Below are positions 27,759 to 38,263 of a DNA stretch of 64,000 nucleotides, piece after piece. The translations under genes and the position numbers were made by a program. Under the pieces are notes generated by a model, which had not been told where the DNA came from, ran no database searches, and saw only the letters and a program-made list of their open reading frames with translations. Position 1 is the first letter of the stretch. Each line of letters begins with the position of its first letter. The DNA is from Anaerolineales bacterium (GTDB taxonomy: Bacteria > Chloroflexota > Anaerolineae > Anaerolineales > UBA4823), in contig JAFGJM010000002.1 in the NCBI GenBank assembly GCA_016929095.1, forward strand, positions 233,580 through 297,579, in the 5' to 3' direction.

Positions 27759-29250
27759 AGACGTCTCCTTGTTGTTCGAATTTCTCTGCCCATCCTTTTC
27801 CACCAATCAATTGACCAAGTTGCTCCACACTGGTTGCAGATGCATCCAGTGGCGGTGATACCCGTCCGCTAAAGAAGACCAATACCCTGTCGCTGTACTG
27901 CAAAATCTCTTCCAGGTCGGCTGATACAAAAATAATGGCAGTTCCTTGACGGCAGCGTTCTTTTAGTTTTCCCCAAATATATATAACCGATTCGATATCC
28001 AAACCCCGTGTGGGATGTTCTAATAGAATTAAGGACAGGGGTGAATTAAGTAATGCCAGCAACGCTCGCTGCTGGTTACCCCCAGAAAGCGCTTCAACAG
28101 GACTTAGAGGTGTTCCTCGAATATTGAATGAAGTGATGCGCTCTTTTGTCTCACGTTCCCACCTCTCACGATCGATGAACATCCCTTGCCCTTTTTCTGC
28201 GAGGATAAAATGCTCGGTTAGCGATAATCCTGGAATTAACCCCTCCTCCAGGCGAGAAGCAGGTAAAAACCCCACGCCATGATTTTTGTATGCCAGGTAA
28301 GGTTTTCCGGTCAGGTCTTTCTCGCCAACAATCACCTTGCCTTGAGTGGGTCGTAATAAACCGGCACACGCTCGTAAGAATGGGCGTTGCCCGGAACCTT
28401 CCATGCCCGCCAACCCAATGACTTCGCCGGCGCGTAATGTGAGATCAACACTCTCGAGCCGCAGACGGTAATCTTCAACGACAAAATTATGCAAGGATAA
28501 TGCCGAATTTCCGAAAGGGCAGGGTTGTTTGGCTTCCACAGAGATGACCTTACTGAACATCATCTCTACAAGTTTATCGATTTCAAACGGTGCATCGGCT
28601 TCTCCCACCAAGATCCCTTGGCGTAATACAGCCACTTGATTGCATAATTGTTCAACATCCTCCAATTTATGCGAAACGAAAATGATGGTCTTCCCTTGCT
28701 TTGCCAATGTTTTTAATGTGGCAAAGAGTTTCTCTTTTTGCAGGGCGCTAATACCAGTGGTTGGTTCGTCCAGGATCAACACCCGTACCCCCAACCAAAG
28801 CAGTCGTAAAATTTCTAATTGCTGCCGTTCGCCGACAGTCAGTGAATCAACATAGGATTCGGGATCTAAGGCGAAATCAAATTCATTCGCCAGTTTGATA
28901 AAATCTTTACGGGCTTCTTTTTTATTAGGAAATACTCCCCCTTCTCGACCGACGATAAAATTGTCGATGATACGCATGGGAGGAAAATCCAGCGGATCTT
29001 GGTGCAACATTCCTATACCATGTTGAATAGCATCTGCCGGAGAACGAACGCTGATCGGTTTACCGTCTAATAGAATTTTTCCCTCATCCTCCTGGATGAA
29101 CCCCGAAAGGACTTTCATCAATGTGCTCTTCCCGGCGCCATTTTCCCCCAGAATACCTTGAATCGTACCAGCTTGTATGGCAAGATTGATATTGTTATTC
29201 GCGTGAACTGTGCCAAACGATTTGTGAATTGCTTTTAATTCAACCTTCAT
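27751..29250 (-). CDS. ABC transporter ATP-binding protein with duplicated NBDs
   Basis: Walker A GENGAGKST, signature-like LSGGNQQR, Walker B LILDEPT and LILLEHPT. 499 aa. Confidence 0.9.
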   Translation of the reverse strand: MKVELKAIHKSFGTVHANNNINLAIQAGTIQGILGENGAGKSTLMKVLSGFIQEDEGKILLDGKPISVRSPADAIQHGIGMLHQDPLDFPPMRIIDNFIVGREGGVFPNKKEARKDFIKLANEFDFALDPESYVDSLTVGERQQLEILRLLWLGVRVLILDEPTTGISALQKEKLFATLKTLAKQGKTIIFVSHKLEDVEQLCNQVAVLRQGILVGEADAPFEIDKLVEMMFSKVISVEAKQPCPFGNSALSLHNFVVEDYRLRLESVDLTLRAGEVIGLAGMEGSGQRPFLRACAGLLRPTQGKVIVGEKDLTGKPYLAYKNHGVGFLPASRLEEGLIPGLSLTEHFILAEKGQGMFIDRERWERETKERITSFNIRGTPLSPVEALSGGNQQRALLALLNSPLSLILLEHPTRGLDIESVIYIWGKLKERCRQGTAIIFVSADLEEILQYSDRVLVFFSGRVSPPLDASATSVEQLGQLIGGKGWAEKFEQQGDVYA

Positions 29251-29310
29251 GAGTTATCCTGTTGGAAAATGACGCAATCACCCCAATGGAGGTGAACGAT
29301 AAAAAATACT

Positions 29311-29446
29311 GAGGGCTGCTCAAAAAGTTTGCGCCTTCCTGAGTGAAGCGAAGGAGTCTGGAATATTGCATTCAGGAACATATCTGCGTATTCGCATCAC
29401 TCAGGAGAGATCGCGTTGATGCTTTTCCACTTTTTAAACAGCCCTG
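29311..29446. other. Nested imperfect inverted repeat (long intercistronic stem-loop) between the SBP and ATPase genes
   Basis: Outer arms are 29311-29328 and 29429-29446 (15/18 complementary). Inner arms are 29338-29352 and 29391-29405 (14/15 complementary). Confidence 0.5.
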
Positions 29447-29461
29447 ATAAAAATAAAGGTT

Positions 29462-30790
29462 TTACTCAGAAACGCTTTGGCCTTCCATGCCCTCCAGAAG
29501 CTGCGGCAGATACCAAACTTGCAAATCGGTAGCGACTTCGCCTTCTGCCAGGAAAGGTGTGCCATCCTGTAAGTTCAAGGGGCCAGTCCACAGCTCCAGC
29601 CCGCCAGCTAACTCGGCGATGAATTCATCCATCTTTGCGGTGGATTCTTCGCTGAGTGCTGCACCCTTCACAAACCCGACGGCAGTTGTGTCCGGGTTAT
29701 TGATGTCTGCCCAATCCGGACCATTCCATTGGAAATTCGAAGTCCACGTACCATCCACGGCTGTGGTAACTGTCTCAAGGAACGCGGGACCCCAGTTGAA
29801 ATAGGGAACACCCAGGCAAACTGATGCGCCTTCCTCGCAGGCACCAACATAATCATAGGCAATACCCCAAACATTTTTCCCAGAATCAGAGAACTTCTTG
29901 GCTTCTGTTAATGCTTCAGTGGTATCGATACCTGAGATGACAACATCATAGTCACTGTTTATGAAATCATCGGCAACTTGTGTCGGGTCAGAAGTGACAC
30001 CCGGGATATTGAACCAAAAGCCAATCCAGGTAACCTTTAACGACAAATCAGCAGGGTCGTTGCCAAGGTAATTGGTCCAACAATATTTCGCGCCCAGGTA
30101 TACCGAGGCTGCCAGGCGGCGGGTTTCATCATTGATCAATGGTCCAAGATAACCAATCTTCCCGGTCTGAGTGGTAAGCGCAGCCGCACAGCCAGCCATC
30201 ATCTTGCCATATTCCATGCGCCCCATGATATTTACCAAATTGGGAAGCTCTACATAGGCTTTTCCCTCTGGCCAGACCTGATCACCCGAAGCCATGATGA
30301 CATTGACATCGGGATGCGCCTGAGCAAATTCTGTAGCGCTATCCTTCATATCATCCGAGTTAAAAATGACCAGCTTGGCGCCTTGGGCAACCAGTTCTTC
30401 ACCCAATGAAGCAGGGGTTGTCCCGGGGCGGTCCGCCGTGTTGACTTTATCGATGTAAACCAGCTTTGTGCCGGGGAGCTTCTCCTCGACATATAATGCG
30501 CCTTCATAGGTAGCCTGGCTCCAGCCATGATCGTTATATGGACCTACCATTAATAAGCCAAAAACAAACTCTTCAGGCTCTGCGGGGGCTTCGGTCGCCT
30601 CTGGCTCGGCAGGGGCTTCGGTCACCTCTGGTTCGGCAGGAGCTTCGGTGGCGACAGGTTCGGCTGGCGCTTCAGTAGCCGCTGGTTCAGCCGGCGCTTC
30701 CGTGGGAGCAGCGGCAGGCGTGCATGCGCCTAAAACCATCGAAAATACAATCAACAAGGCAAAAATTGGTACAAACTTTTTTGTAAACAT
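29462..30790 (-). CDS. BMP-family (Med/PnrA-like) ABC substrate-binding lipoprotein, probable nucleoside/purine binding
   Basis: Lipobox LGAC, a Pro/Glu/Ala/Thr-rich tether, then a BMP-like body (GLLMVGPYNDHGWSQA...). It heads the ABC operon. Confidence 0.85.
   Translation of the reverse strand: MFTKKFVPIFALLIVFSMVLGACTPAAAPTEAPAEPAATEAPAEPVATEAPAEPEVTEAPAEPEATEAPAEPEEFVFGLLMVGPYNDHGWSQATYEGALYVEEKLPGTKLVYIDKVNTADRPGTTPASLGEELVAQGAKLVIFNSDDMKDSATEFAQAHPDVNVIMASGDQVWPEGKAYVELPNLVNIMGRMEYGKMMAGCAAALTTQTGKIGYLGPLINDETRRLAASVYLGAKYCWTNYLGNDPADLSLKVTWIGFWFNIPGVTSDPTQVADDFINSDYDVVISGIDTTEALTEAKKFSDSGKNVWGIAYDYVGACEEGASVCLGVPYFNWGPAFLETVTTAVDGTWTSNFQWNGPDWADINNPDTTAVGFVKGAALSEESTAKMDEFIAELAGGLELWTGPLNLQDGTPFLAEGEVATDLQVWYLPQLLEGMEGQSVSE
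30572..30703 (-). repeat. Coding tandem repeat (about 24-nt unit, about 5 copies) encoding a TEAPAEPxx linker
   Basis: The protein reads PTEAPAEPAATEAPAEPVATEAPAEPEVTEAPAEPEATEAPAEPEE. The DNA shows the matching periodicity. Confidence 0.8.
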
Positions 30791-31317
30791 TTTGTTATTC
30801 TTCTCCTCTTAGAAAAATTTTATCCAATTTGGTTATTTTCGAGATATTATTCTTTTTCAGCCGATTAACCTCCTCTCTTATAGTTGTCCAGACATTAGCA
30901 CCTGATTATAAATGATATTCTAAAATCCATAAATTTTTTTCTTGTGTATCAGATACTTTCAGACATAATTTTGTTACTTTCGTTAAAATAACCCTATTCT
31001 ATTTGAAGGTTCGGCTTTTTCTCGATTTTCCAAATCCCATTATATTACGTTTAATTGCAGGCACACTGAAATTAATAAAACTTTTTAAAGCAGCATTCAA
31101 AACGATGAATAATAACAAATTTATATGGGTAAAGCCTTCGCCCTATATAAACCAGGTATAAACAATAAAATCAATACCCTTATACTGCTCCACCTCGCCC
31201 TTGTTTCCTCCTCATACTTTCTGTGTGAAAGTACAAGGAGGAATGGGGTTAGATTACATATGGGTAAGGTAAAACTACTTCTCTCTTTGATCCTTTAGAT
31301 CAATCTATTTTTTTTAA

Positions 31318-32289
31318 TCATTCTCTGACAATTAATGTGCCGGTTTCACCTTTCAACGCTCGGCCGATATTTTCCGGATTGGTAATAATGGCTTGTTTGC
31401 CGCCCGATTCCAAAAACCAGATGATAGCCTGGATTTTGGGAGCCATGGATCCTTTGGCAAAATGAATACCTTCATCCAGGTATTGTTTAGCTTCTGCCAT
31501 GGTCATCCGATCGAGCCACTTTTGATTTGGTTTACCAAAATTGATAGCAACTTTTTCTATCGCTGTTGAAATCAAGAAGAGGTCGGCATGGATATTCTGA
31601 GCGAGTAAGCTGCTGGCATAATCTTTATCGATGACAGCCGCGGTACCTTGATAAACGCCCTCGCCTACATCGATCACCGGAATGCCGCCACCACCCACGG
31701 TGATAACTACCACTCCGGCATCGACCAGGGTTTGGACTGTTTCAAGCTCAACCACTTCCTTGGGCAAGGGCGAAGCCACAACCCGCCGCCAACCACGTCC
31801 GGCATCTTCTACCACACTCCAACCCATTTCAGCTTTTCGTTTCATGGCTTCGGATTCATCTAAAAATCCACCGATAGGTTTACTTGGATTTTGAAATGCC
31901 GGATCATCAATGTCTACCAATACTTGTGTGATCACCGTGGCAACCGGTTTCGCAATGCGGCGCTTATACAACTCATTCTGCAAATTTTGTTGGAGGGCGT
32001 ATCCAATCGCGCCCTGGCTGTCTGCACCGCAAACATCCAAAGGCACTTCATGCATGCCTTCAACTTTAGCAGCGATTTCAGAACGGCGTAATATAAAACC
32101 AACTTGCGGGCCATTGCCGTGTCCGATAGCCACATCCCATCCGGCTTCAATCATATCGGCGATGTGTAATGTGGTCTCTTTAGCAGCCAGATATTGATCT
32201 TCTACGGTTTGGTGTTGTTTATCCTTGATCAGCGAATTACCGCCAATCGCCACCACCGCAACTTTTTTGGTTTCCTTGGATATTGTCAT
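31318..32289 (-). CDS. arcC: Carbamate kinase
   Basis: VVAIGGNSL and GHGNGPQVG motifs. 323 aa. Confidence 0.9.
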   Translation of the reverse strand: MTISKETKKVAVVAIGGNSLIKDKQHQTVEDQYLAAKETTLHIADMIEAGWDVAIGHGNGPQVGFILRRSEIAAKVEGMHEVPLDVCGADSQGAIGYALQQNLQNELYKRRIAKPVATVITQVLVDIDDPAFQNPSKPIGGFLDESEAMKRKAEMGWSVVEDAGRGWRRVVASPLPKEVVELETVQTLVDAGVVVITVGGGGIPVIDVGEGVYQGTAAVIDKDYASSLLAQNIHADLFLISTAIEKVAINFGKPNQKWLDRMTMAEAKQYLDEGIHFAKGSMAPKIQAIIWFLESGGKQAIITNPENIGRALKGETGTLIVRE

Positions 32290-32293
32290 ACAC

Positions 32294-33274
32294 TTACCTC
32301 ATTGTTAAAGCCATCACCGCTTTTTGAGCATGCAAACGGTTTTCTGCCTCATCAAATACAACCGACTGTGCGCTGTCAATGACGCCATCAGTGACTTCAA
32401 TATTGCGATCAGCCGGTAAAGGATGCATGTAAATAGCATCGTCTTTAGCTAATGCCATCTTTCGCTCATCGGTGATCCAATGTTCATATTTCTTGATGAT
32501 TTTCGCGCCTTCATCGGGATCGGCTGTATGCACCATCGCTCCCCAAGATTTCGCGTATATGATATCCGCATCTTTAAAAGCGGCTTCCATATCATCCACG
32601 ACTTCAAAACCGGTGTGGAATTTTCTGGCTTGTTCGCGTGCCTGGTCCATGATATCCGGCATTAATTTGAATTCTGGGGGATGCGCTAAAACAACATCCA
32701 GGCCAAAGCGCGGCATTTGCAAGATCAGTGATTGCGGTACCGACATCGGTTTTTGATATGAAGCAGCATAAGCCCAGGATACGACCATTTTCTTGCGGCG
32801 TAAATCTCTGCCTTTCTTTTCAATAATGGTCATCAAATCTGCTAATATCTGAAAAGGATGGTAGATCTCACATTGCATATTAAGCACCGGTGAGCGAGAA
32901 AACTTCGCCACATCGTTGATGTACCGGTTGCCTAATCCCCAATCACAATGGCGGATGGCGATACCATCGTAATATCTGCCAAAGATTTCCCCGATTTCAT
33001 GGGGTGTATCACCGTGAGCGATCTGAGTAGTTTTACTTTCGATAAATGCCGCATGACCGCCTAATTGCGCCATGCCCGCTTCGAATGAACCGCGCGTGCG
33101 CGTGCTTGAAAAGAAGAAAAGCATAGCCAGCGTCTTATCACGCAAGATTGGGTGCAGTTCTCCCAGAGCGCGCTTTCGTTTTAAATCAAACGCCACATCT
33201 AATACGGTTTCTACTTCTTCTTTGCTGAAATCCAGGTCGCCAATTAAATCTCTTCGTGTAAGATCGGTTTGCAT
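32294..33274 (-). CDS. YgeW-like carbamoyltransferase (OTC/ATC superfamily)
   Basis: Start is ATG 33274 with GGAGG upstream. Motifs SSTRTRGSFE, TQIAHGDT, NMQCEIYHPFQ, SWAYAASYQKPMSVPQS, FKDADIIYAKSW and YMHPLPAD closely parallel E. coli YgeW as I recall it. Confidence 0.8.
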   Translation of the reverse strand: MQTDLTRRDLIGDLDFSKEEVETVLDVAFDLKRKRALGELHPILRDKTLAMLFFFSSTRTRGSFEAGMAQLGGHAAFIESKTTQIAHGDTPHEIGEIFGRYYDGIAIRHCDWGLGNRYINDVAKFSRSPVLNMQCEIYHPFQILADLMTIIEKKGRDLRRKKMVVSWAYAASYQKPMSVPQSLILQMPRFGLDVVLAHPPEFKLMPDIMDQAREQARKFHTGFEVVDDMEAAFKDADIIYAKSWGAMVHTADPDEGAKIIKKYEHWITDERKMALAKDDAIYMHPLPADRNIEVTDGVIDSAQSVVFDEAENRLHAQKAVMALTMR

Positions 33275-33282
33275 ATTACCTC

Positions 33283-34236
33283 CTATTCCATCGCCCCTAA
33301 TACCAAAGCAATAATTGCCATGCGCATCACCACACCATTGAATGCTTCCTGCCAATAACGTGACCAGCGTGTAATATCAACATCAGACGGAACCTCATCC
33401 ATGCGCGGCAGAGAGTGCAACAAGATAGCATCCGGTTTGGCTTTCTTCTCTAGAAGCTCACGGGTGATCTTGTAATTTGCTGGAGTTAAGTCAACGCTTC
33501 CGGTGCGTTCATCGCGTGATTTAGTATAGTCGGGCTGTACCACCGGCTCGACCAAAATCACATCTGCATCTTTAATCGCCTGCTCCACGTGTTCAGCTTC
33601 TTTGAAGTCCAGGCTGTATTGTTTAAGTTCTTCTTTAAATTCTTTGGTCAATGACATCTCGGGGGGTGCAACAAAAGTGATCGGGCAATCGAATTGGGTA
33701 AGTGCATACCCCAATGAATGCATGGTGCGCATCCGCATATCGCCCACAGCCAGCCACTTCAAACCATCAATGCGCCCCTTTTCCCGCAATACGGTATACA
33801 GGTCTGTCAGGATTTGAGTGGGGTGCTCTCCCCAGCCATCACCGCCATTGATAATGGGAATCGAAGCCCATTTCGCAGCTTCGTGAGGAGCGCCTTGTTG
33901 AAAATGCCGCATCACGATGACATCGCCGTAGAATTCCAGCATTTTCACGGTATCTTTGATCGATTCCTGGTAGAAGTCACCGGCACGGGTCATCTTGGCG
34001 TCTGCAAAACCGGTCACATGCCCGCCCAGGCGGTGCATAGCTGCTTCATGCGCCAAGCGGGTGCGTGTGCTGGGTTGATAGAAAGCCGTTACCAGGGTTT
34101 TTTCAGCCAGCATGTCACTATTGCGTCGACTCCGTGGGATCGATTCCAATTCTCGAGCAACATCAAATATGTGCATAAATTCATTGCGCTCGAATTCCTT
34201 TAAAGATAATATATCTCGACCTAAAAAACTACGCAT
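33283..34236 (-). CDS. Aspartate-carbamoyltransferase-family protein (PyrB-like paralogue)
   Basis: PSTRTR, GDGWGEHPTQ and LHSLPR..EV..DVD motifs. 317 aa. It is embedded in a catabolic-looking operon with no pyrI or pyrC nearby. Confidence 0.8.
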   Translation of the reverse strand: MRSFLGRDILSLKEFERNEFMHIFDVARELESIPRSRRNSDMLAEKTLVTAFYQPSTRTRLAHEAAMHRLGGHVTGFADAKMTRAGDFYQESIKDTVKMLEFYGDVIVMRHFQQGAPHEAAKWASIPIINGGDGWGEHPTQILTDLYTVLREKGRIDGLKWLAVGDMRMRTMHSLGYALTQFDCPITFVAPPEMSLTKEFKEELKQYSLDFKEAEHVEQAIKDADVILVEPVVQPDYTKSRDERTGSVDLTPANYKITRELLEKKAKPDAILLHSLPRMDEVPSDVDITRWSRYWQEAFNGVVMRMAIIALVLGAME

Positions 34237-34266
34237 GGGAACTCTCCTTTATATTATTAAGAATTT

Positions 34267-35004
34267 TTATTGGTTTTTTTTTATATTTCCAACCCGGCGA
34301 ACAACATGAAACCGAAAGTAACCGGGAATAAAATAACTATAGGAATAATCTACTACCATTCCGTCGTTCGTATACAACCAGGCAATCAAACGCAAGAGAA
34401 CATCACCGCGTTGAATACCGAAAGCTTTTGCCAATTCAACTGAAGCTGGTACTGCATTGATTTCGCAGCGAGACGAAGTATAGGTTGATGGTTCTTTCCT
34501 TTGCAAAAGATCTAACACTGAGCCAGTAAAAGTTTCATCTAAATCTTCTGCCTGGATGATGCCTTGGGGTAATGTATCTATAAGAAACGCAATCGGCCTC
34601 CCTTCAGATAATATTAACCTGGAAAATTGCACAACTTCTTCTTCTTTAGAAATATTTAGTGCAATCGCCTCTTCCTCATCACATAGACGATGGTCAATTT
34701 TTAATCTCCCCAAGGATACTTCCAAACCACATCGTTTCGCCAGGGTTTCAATACTTTCCAGCACTTCGAGACCGGTCTCAATCACCGGTGAAATGGGTAA
34801 AACATAAGTACCAGAACCTTGCCGGCGTGTGATGATTCCTTGGATTTCAAAAGTGCGCATGGCTTCCCTAAGCGATGCCCGAGATACTCCCAGGCGGCGC
34901 GCCAGTTGCGGTTCAGCCAATAATTTTTCCCCCGGCTTTTTCTCTTTGATGATCTCACTCAGAACTTCGTGTAAACGTTGAGAGATGGTGTATCCTTCAC
35001 TCAT
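34267..35004 (-). CDS. GntR-family transcriptional regulator (HutC-like, wHTH + UTRA)
   Basis: LAEPQLARRLGVSRASLREAMRTFEIQGIITRRQGSGTYV (GntR wHTH) and a 245-aa length typical of the UTRA-containing subfamily. Confidence 0.85.
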   Translation of the reverse strand: MSEGYTISQRLHEVLSEIIKEKKPGEKLLAEPQLARRLGVSRASLREAMRTFEIQGIITRRQGSGTYVLPISPVIETGLEVLESIETLAKRCGLEVSLGRLKIDHRLCDEEEAIALNISKEEEVVQFSRLILSEGRPIAFLIDTLPQGIIQAEDLDETFTGSVLDLLQRKEPSTYTSSRCEINAVPASVELAKAFGIQRGDVLLRLIAWLYTNDGMVVDYSYSYFIPGYFRFHVVRRVGNIKKNQ

Positions 35005-35014
35005 TTGTACTCGT

Positions 35015-36811
35015 TCACGCCTCTAAAACTGGGATGAATTCAAATTTTGTGACATCTACTAATCCTTTATCCGAAAGGCGTAATTCGGGGATAACGACTA
35101 ATGCTAATAAACTCAGTTGCATATTGGGGTTATTAAGGTTACAACCGCATGCGTGAAAACCATCCAAGACGGATTTCGCTTTTTCTGCCACCACCTTCGC
35201 ATGTTGGTTGGACATTAACCCCGCAATTGGCAATTCCACTTTACCAATCACGTTTCCTTCGAGAACAACGACCTGACCGCCTTCCATGCGCACCAGTTCA
35301 TTGGCAGCCAATGCCATTTGAGTATCATCCGTTCCGACTACAATCATTTGATGACAATCATGCGCTACGGTGGAAGCAATGGCGCATTTCTTGTTGAATC
35401 CAAAACCATGTACCAACCCGATTTGTATACCGCCATCTCCTTTGTGACGTTCCACGACCGCGATTTTGGCGATATCATTCTCAATATCCATTGGAACTTC
35501 GCCATCAATCACCGGCACCGTCATCCGTAAATGTTGGGTAGGCGCCTGATTCTCGATCACCCCAATTACATTTGCCCATACTTGTGTTATCAATGCATCT
35601 GTTGTTTTCAGAGCAAAATCATCTGCTCTCAATGACCTTTTAATATGTATGGAATGAATGGCCCAATCCGGATAGGTATAGCCAGGAATATCGATAACCA
35701 CCTGATTCTGGCGAGATATCACCTTCCCTTTTGCGATCACAGTATCGATTTTTATCTCAGACAGGTTATCGAGAATAAGAATGTCCGCAAATCGACCCGG
35801 GGCAATCATTCCCACCTTTCGGGAAACGCCAAAATGCTCGGCCGTGTTTATGGTTGCCATCTGGATTGCCTGCATGGGTGAAGCGCCTTGAGCGATCGCA
35901 CGTTTAACTGCCCGGTTCACATGACCATCATTCACTAATGTTTCGCAGTGGGAATCATCGGTGCACAATATGAAATGCCTGGTATCCATACCCAATTCAG
36001 TGACAGCTTTAATTTGAGCATCCACGTCATGCCAGGCAGAACCAAAACGCAGCATGGCTTTCATGCCTTGACGTATACGAGCTACTGCATCTTCAAGACG
36101 TGTACCTTCATGGTCGTCTTCCGGTCCACCAGCCACATAACCATGGAAAGGCAATCCTAAATCGGGAGAAGCGTAATGTCCGCCAATTACTTTACCAGCC
36201 AATCGCGTTTCTGCCATTTCGGCGTGCATTTTTTCATCACTAAAATATACACCCGGGAAATTCATCATTTCACCCAGGCCAATCACGCCCTCAAGCTGCA
36301 TCGCCTTGGCAACATCCGCCGGGCCAATGCTTGCCCCTGGCGTCTCCAATCCGGGCGCTGAAGGAACACATGAAGGCATTTGCACCCATACATGAATCGG
36401 CTGGTTAGCAGCTTCATCTACCATTAATTGGACGCCCTTCAACCCAAAAACATTGGCAATTTCATGAGGATCAATAAAAATCCCGGTAGTTCCATGTGGA
36501 ATAATGGCGCGCACGAACTCCGTGATTGTGATCATCCCCGATTCGATGTGCATATGCCCATCTAAAAGACCCGGGCACAGATACTGCCCATTTGCATTAA
36601 TGATTTGCGTATTATCACCAATCGTATGCGCCGCATCTTCTCCCACAAAAGCGATGCGTTGGTCTTTAATGGCGATATCCGTATTTGGGATTATCTCGCC
36701 AGACTGTACACAAACCCATTGCCCGTTGCGGATCACCATATCGGCAGGAGTACGCCCCATTGCTACATCGACAAGAGTTTGCGAAATTTTCATGATTTCG
36801 TTTGAATTCAT
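35015..36811 (-). CDS. ade: Adenine deaminase
   Basis: LCPGLLDGHMHIES metal site and a roughly 600-aa two-domain architecture. Start ATG 36811 is preceded by GGAGAG. Confidence 0.85.
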   Translation of the reverse strand: MNSNEIMKISQTLVDVAMGRTPADMVIRNGQWVCVQSGEIIPNTDIAIKDQRIAFVGEDAAHTIGDNTQIINANGQYLCPGLLDGHMHIESGMITITEFVRAIIPHGTTGIFIDPHEIANVFGLKGVQLMVDEAANQPIHVWVQMPSCVPSAPGLETPGASIGPADVAKAMQLEGVIGLGEMMNFPGVYFSDEKMHAEMAETRLAGKVIGGHYASPDLGLPFHGYVAGGPEDDHEGTRLEDAVARIRQGMKAMLRFGSAWHDVDAQIKAVTELGMDTRHFILCTDDSHCETLVNDGHVNRAVKRAIAQGASPMQAIQMATINTAEHFGVSRKVGMIAPGRFADILILDNLSEIKIDTVIAKGKVISRQNQVVIDIPGYTYPDWAIHSIHIKRSLRADDFALKTTDALITQVWANVIGVIENQAPTQHLRMTVPVIDGEVPMDIENDIAKIAVVERHKGDGGIQIGLVHGFGFNKKCAIASTVAHDCHQMIVVGTDDTQMALAANELVRMEGGQVVVLEGNVIGKVELPIAGLMSNQHAKVVAEKAKSVLDGFHACGCNLNNPNMQLSLLALVVIPELRLSDKGLVDVTKFEFIPVLEA

Positions 36812-36856
36812 TTTCTCTCCGAAAAATTTTGTGAACAAAATTTCGTTGAATACGAA

Positions 36857-38239
36857 TTATCCATCAATTAATATTTTTGCGGCTCGATTATGTTTATAGA
36901 TCAAATCCTCGATATCTATATTGGCCATTTGCCCGTTTTTTACCACGTAATCCCCACCTACCACTGTATAATCGACACGCACCGGTGCACAGAAAACAAT
37001 CGCAGCGACCGGATCGTGGATTGCGCCGGTAAATTCTATGCGGTTAAGATTTACGGCAAAGAAATCTGCGCATTTCCCCGGTTCAAGGGAACCAATATCC
37101 TTGCGCCCCAGAACAGAAGCGCTGCCTCGGGTAGCCATTTCTAAAGCCTGGCGGGCAGTCATGAGCGGCATTTCTCCGCCAGACAGAGAAGCGCCCTGCA
37201 ATCCTGCTTTCAATCGGGCAACCATCATCGCCAGGCGGATTTCTTCAATCAAGTTGGAGCCGTCATTGCTGGCGGAGCCATCCACACCAATGCCTACCTT
37301 GACACCGGCATGTAACATATCCATGATTGGCGCAATCCCCGAAGCCAGGCGCATATTCGAAGCCGGGCAATGCGCCACACCGCATCCTGTACGTTTGTAT
37401 ACATCGATCTCTGCCTTAGTTACATGCACCGAATGCGCAAACCAGACATCGTCGCCCACCCAATCCAGGCTTTCCATATAAGCTACCGGGCGGTAGCCAA
37501 ATTTTTGCAGGCAAAATTGCTCTTCGTCCTGTGTCTCTGCCAGGTGTGTGTGCAAACGAACGCCATAGGTACGCGCCATTGCTGCACTTTGCTTCATCAA
37601 TTCCCCGGTTACACTAAAAGGTGAGCAGGGCGCCAATGCAATTTGTATCATCGAACCTGGCGCGGGATCATGGTAAGTCTCGATCACCCGCTGCGTATCT
37701 TTAAGAATAAAATCTTCACTCTCAACGACGCTATCCGGAGGCAAACCCCCTTTGGACTCCCCCAAACTCATCGAGCCGCGCGTGGCGTGCAGCCGTAATC
37801 CCACTTTTCTGGCTGATATGATTTCATCATCCAGGCGGGAACCGTTGGGAAATATATACAGATGATCGGAAGCTGTGGTGCAGCCGGACAAAGCCATCTC
37901 CGTAAGGGCGGTTTGGGTGGATATTCGAATATGTTCCGGCGTCATTTTTGCCCAAATTGGGTAAAGCGTCTTCAACCAATGGAAAAGATTGGCATTTTGT
38001 GCTTTTACCACCACCCGCGTCAGGGTCTGATAAAAATGATGGTGGGTGTTTATCAAACCTGGGGCTACCAGGCAGCCAGTAAGATCCAGGACTTCATCGG
38101 CTGTATTCGGTAAATCTTTGGAAAATCCAACTTGTTCGATGAAACCGTCCCGAACAAAAAGACCACCGTCAGGAATTTCCTGGCGGAGGTCATCCATTGT
38201 AACTAATACAGCAGCATGTTTTACTAATAGCGTCGACAT
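36857..38239 (-). CDS. COG0402 amidohydrolase (8-oxoguanine/guanine deaminase, SsnA-like family)
   Basis: PGLINTHHHFYQTL, LHTHLAETQDEE and GVDGSASND motifs. Start set at ATG 38239 (MSTLLVKHAAV...). Confidence 0.8.
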   Translation of the reverse strand: MSTLLVKHAAVLVTMDDLRQEIPDGGLFVRDGFIEQVGFSKDLPNTADEVLDLTGCLVAPGLINTHHHFYQTLTRVVVKAQNANLFHWLKTLYPIWAKMTPEHIRISTQTALTEMALSGCTTASDHLYIFPNGSRLDDEIISARKVGLRLHATRGSMSLGESKGGLPPDSVVESEDFILKDTQRVIETYHDPAPGSMIQIALAPCSPFSVTGELMKQSAAMARTYGVRLHTHLAETQDEEQFCLQKFGYRPVAYMESLDWVGDDVWFAHSVHVTKAEIDVYKRTGCGVAHCPASNMRLASGIAPIMDMLHAGVKVGIGVDGSASNDGSNLIEEIRLAMMVARLKAGLQGASLSGGEMPLMTARQALEMATRGSASVLGRKDIGSLEPGKCADFFAVNLNRIEFTGAIHDPVAAIVFCAPVRVDYTVVGGDYVVKNGQMANIDIEDLIYKHNRAAKILIDG

Positions 38240-38263
38240 CTCTTCTCTCACTAATAAGTATCG

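Noticed and set aside
33283-34236. Calling this gene the housekeeping pyrB
   Set aside because: ATCase-family motifs are present, but SFE is replaced by AHE after STRTR. The gene sits between a GntR regulator and a YgeW-like gene with no pyrI or pyrC. I kept it as a PyrB-like paralogue pending phylogeny.
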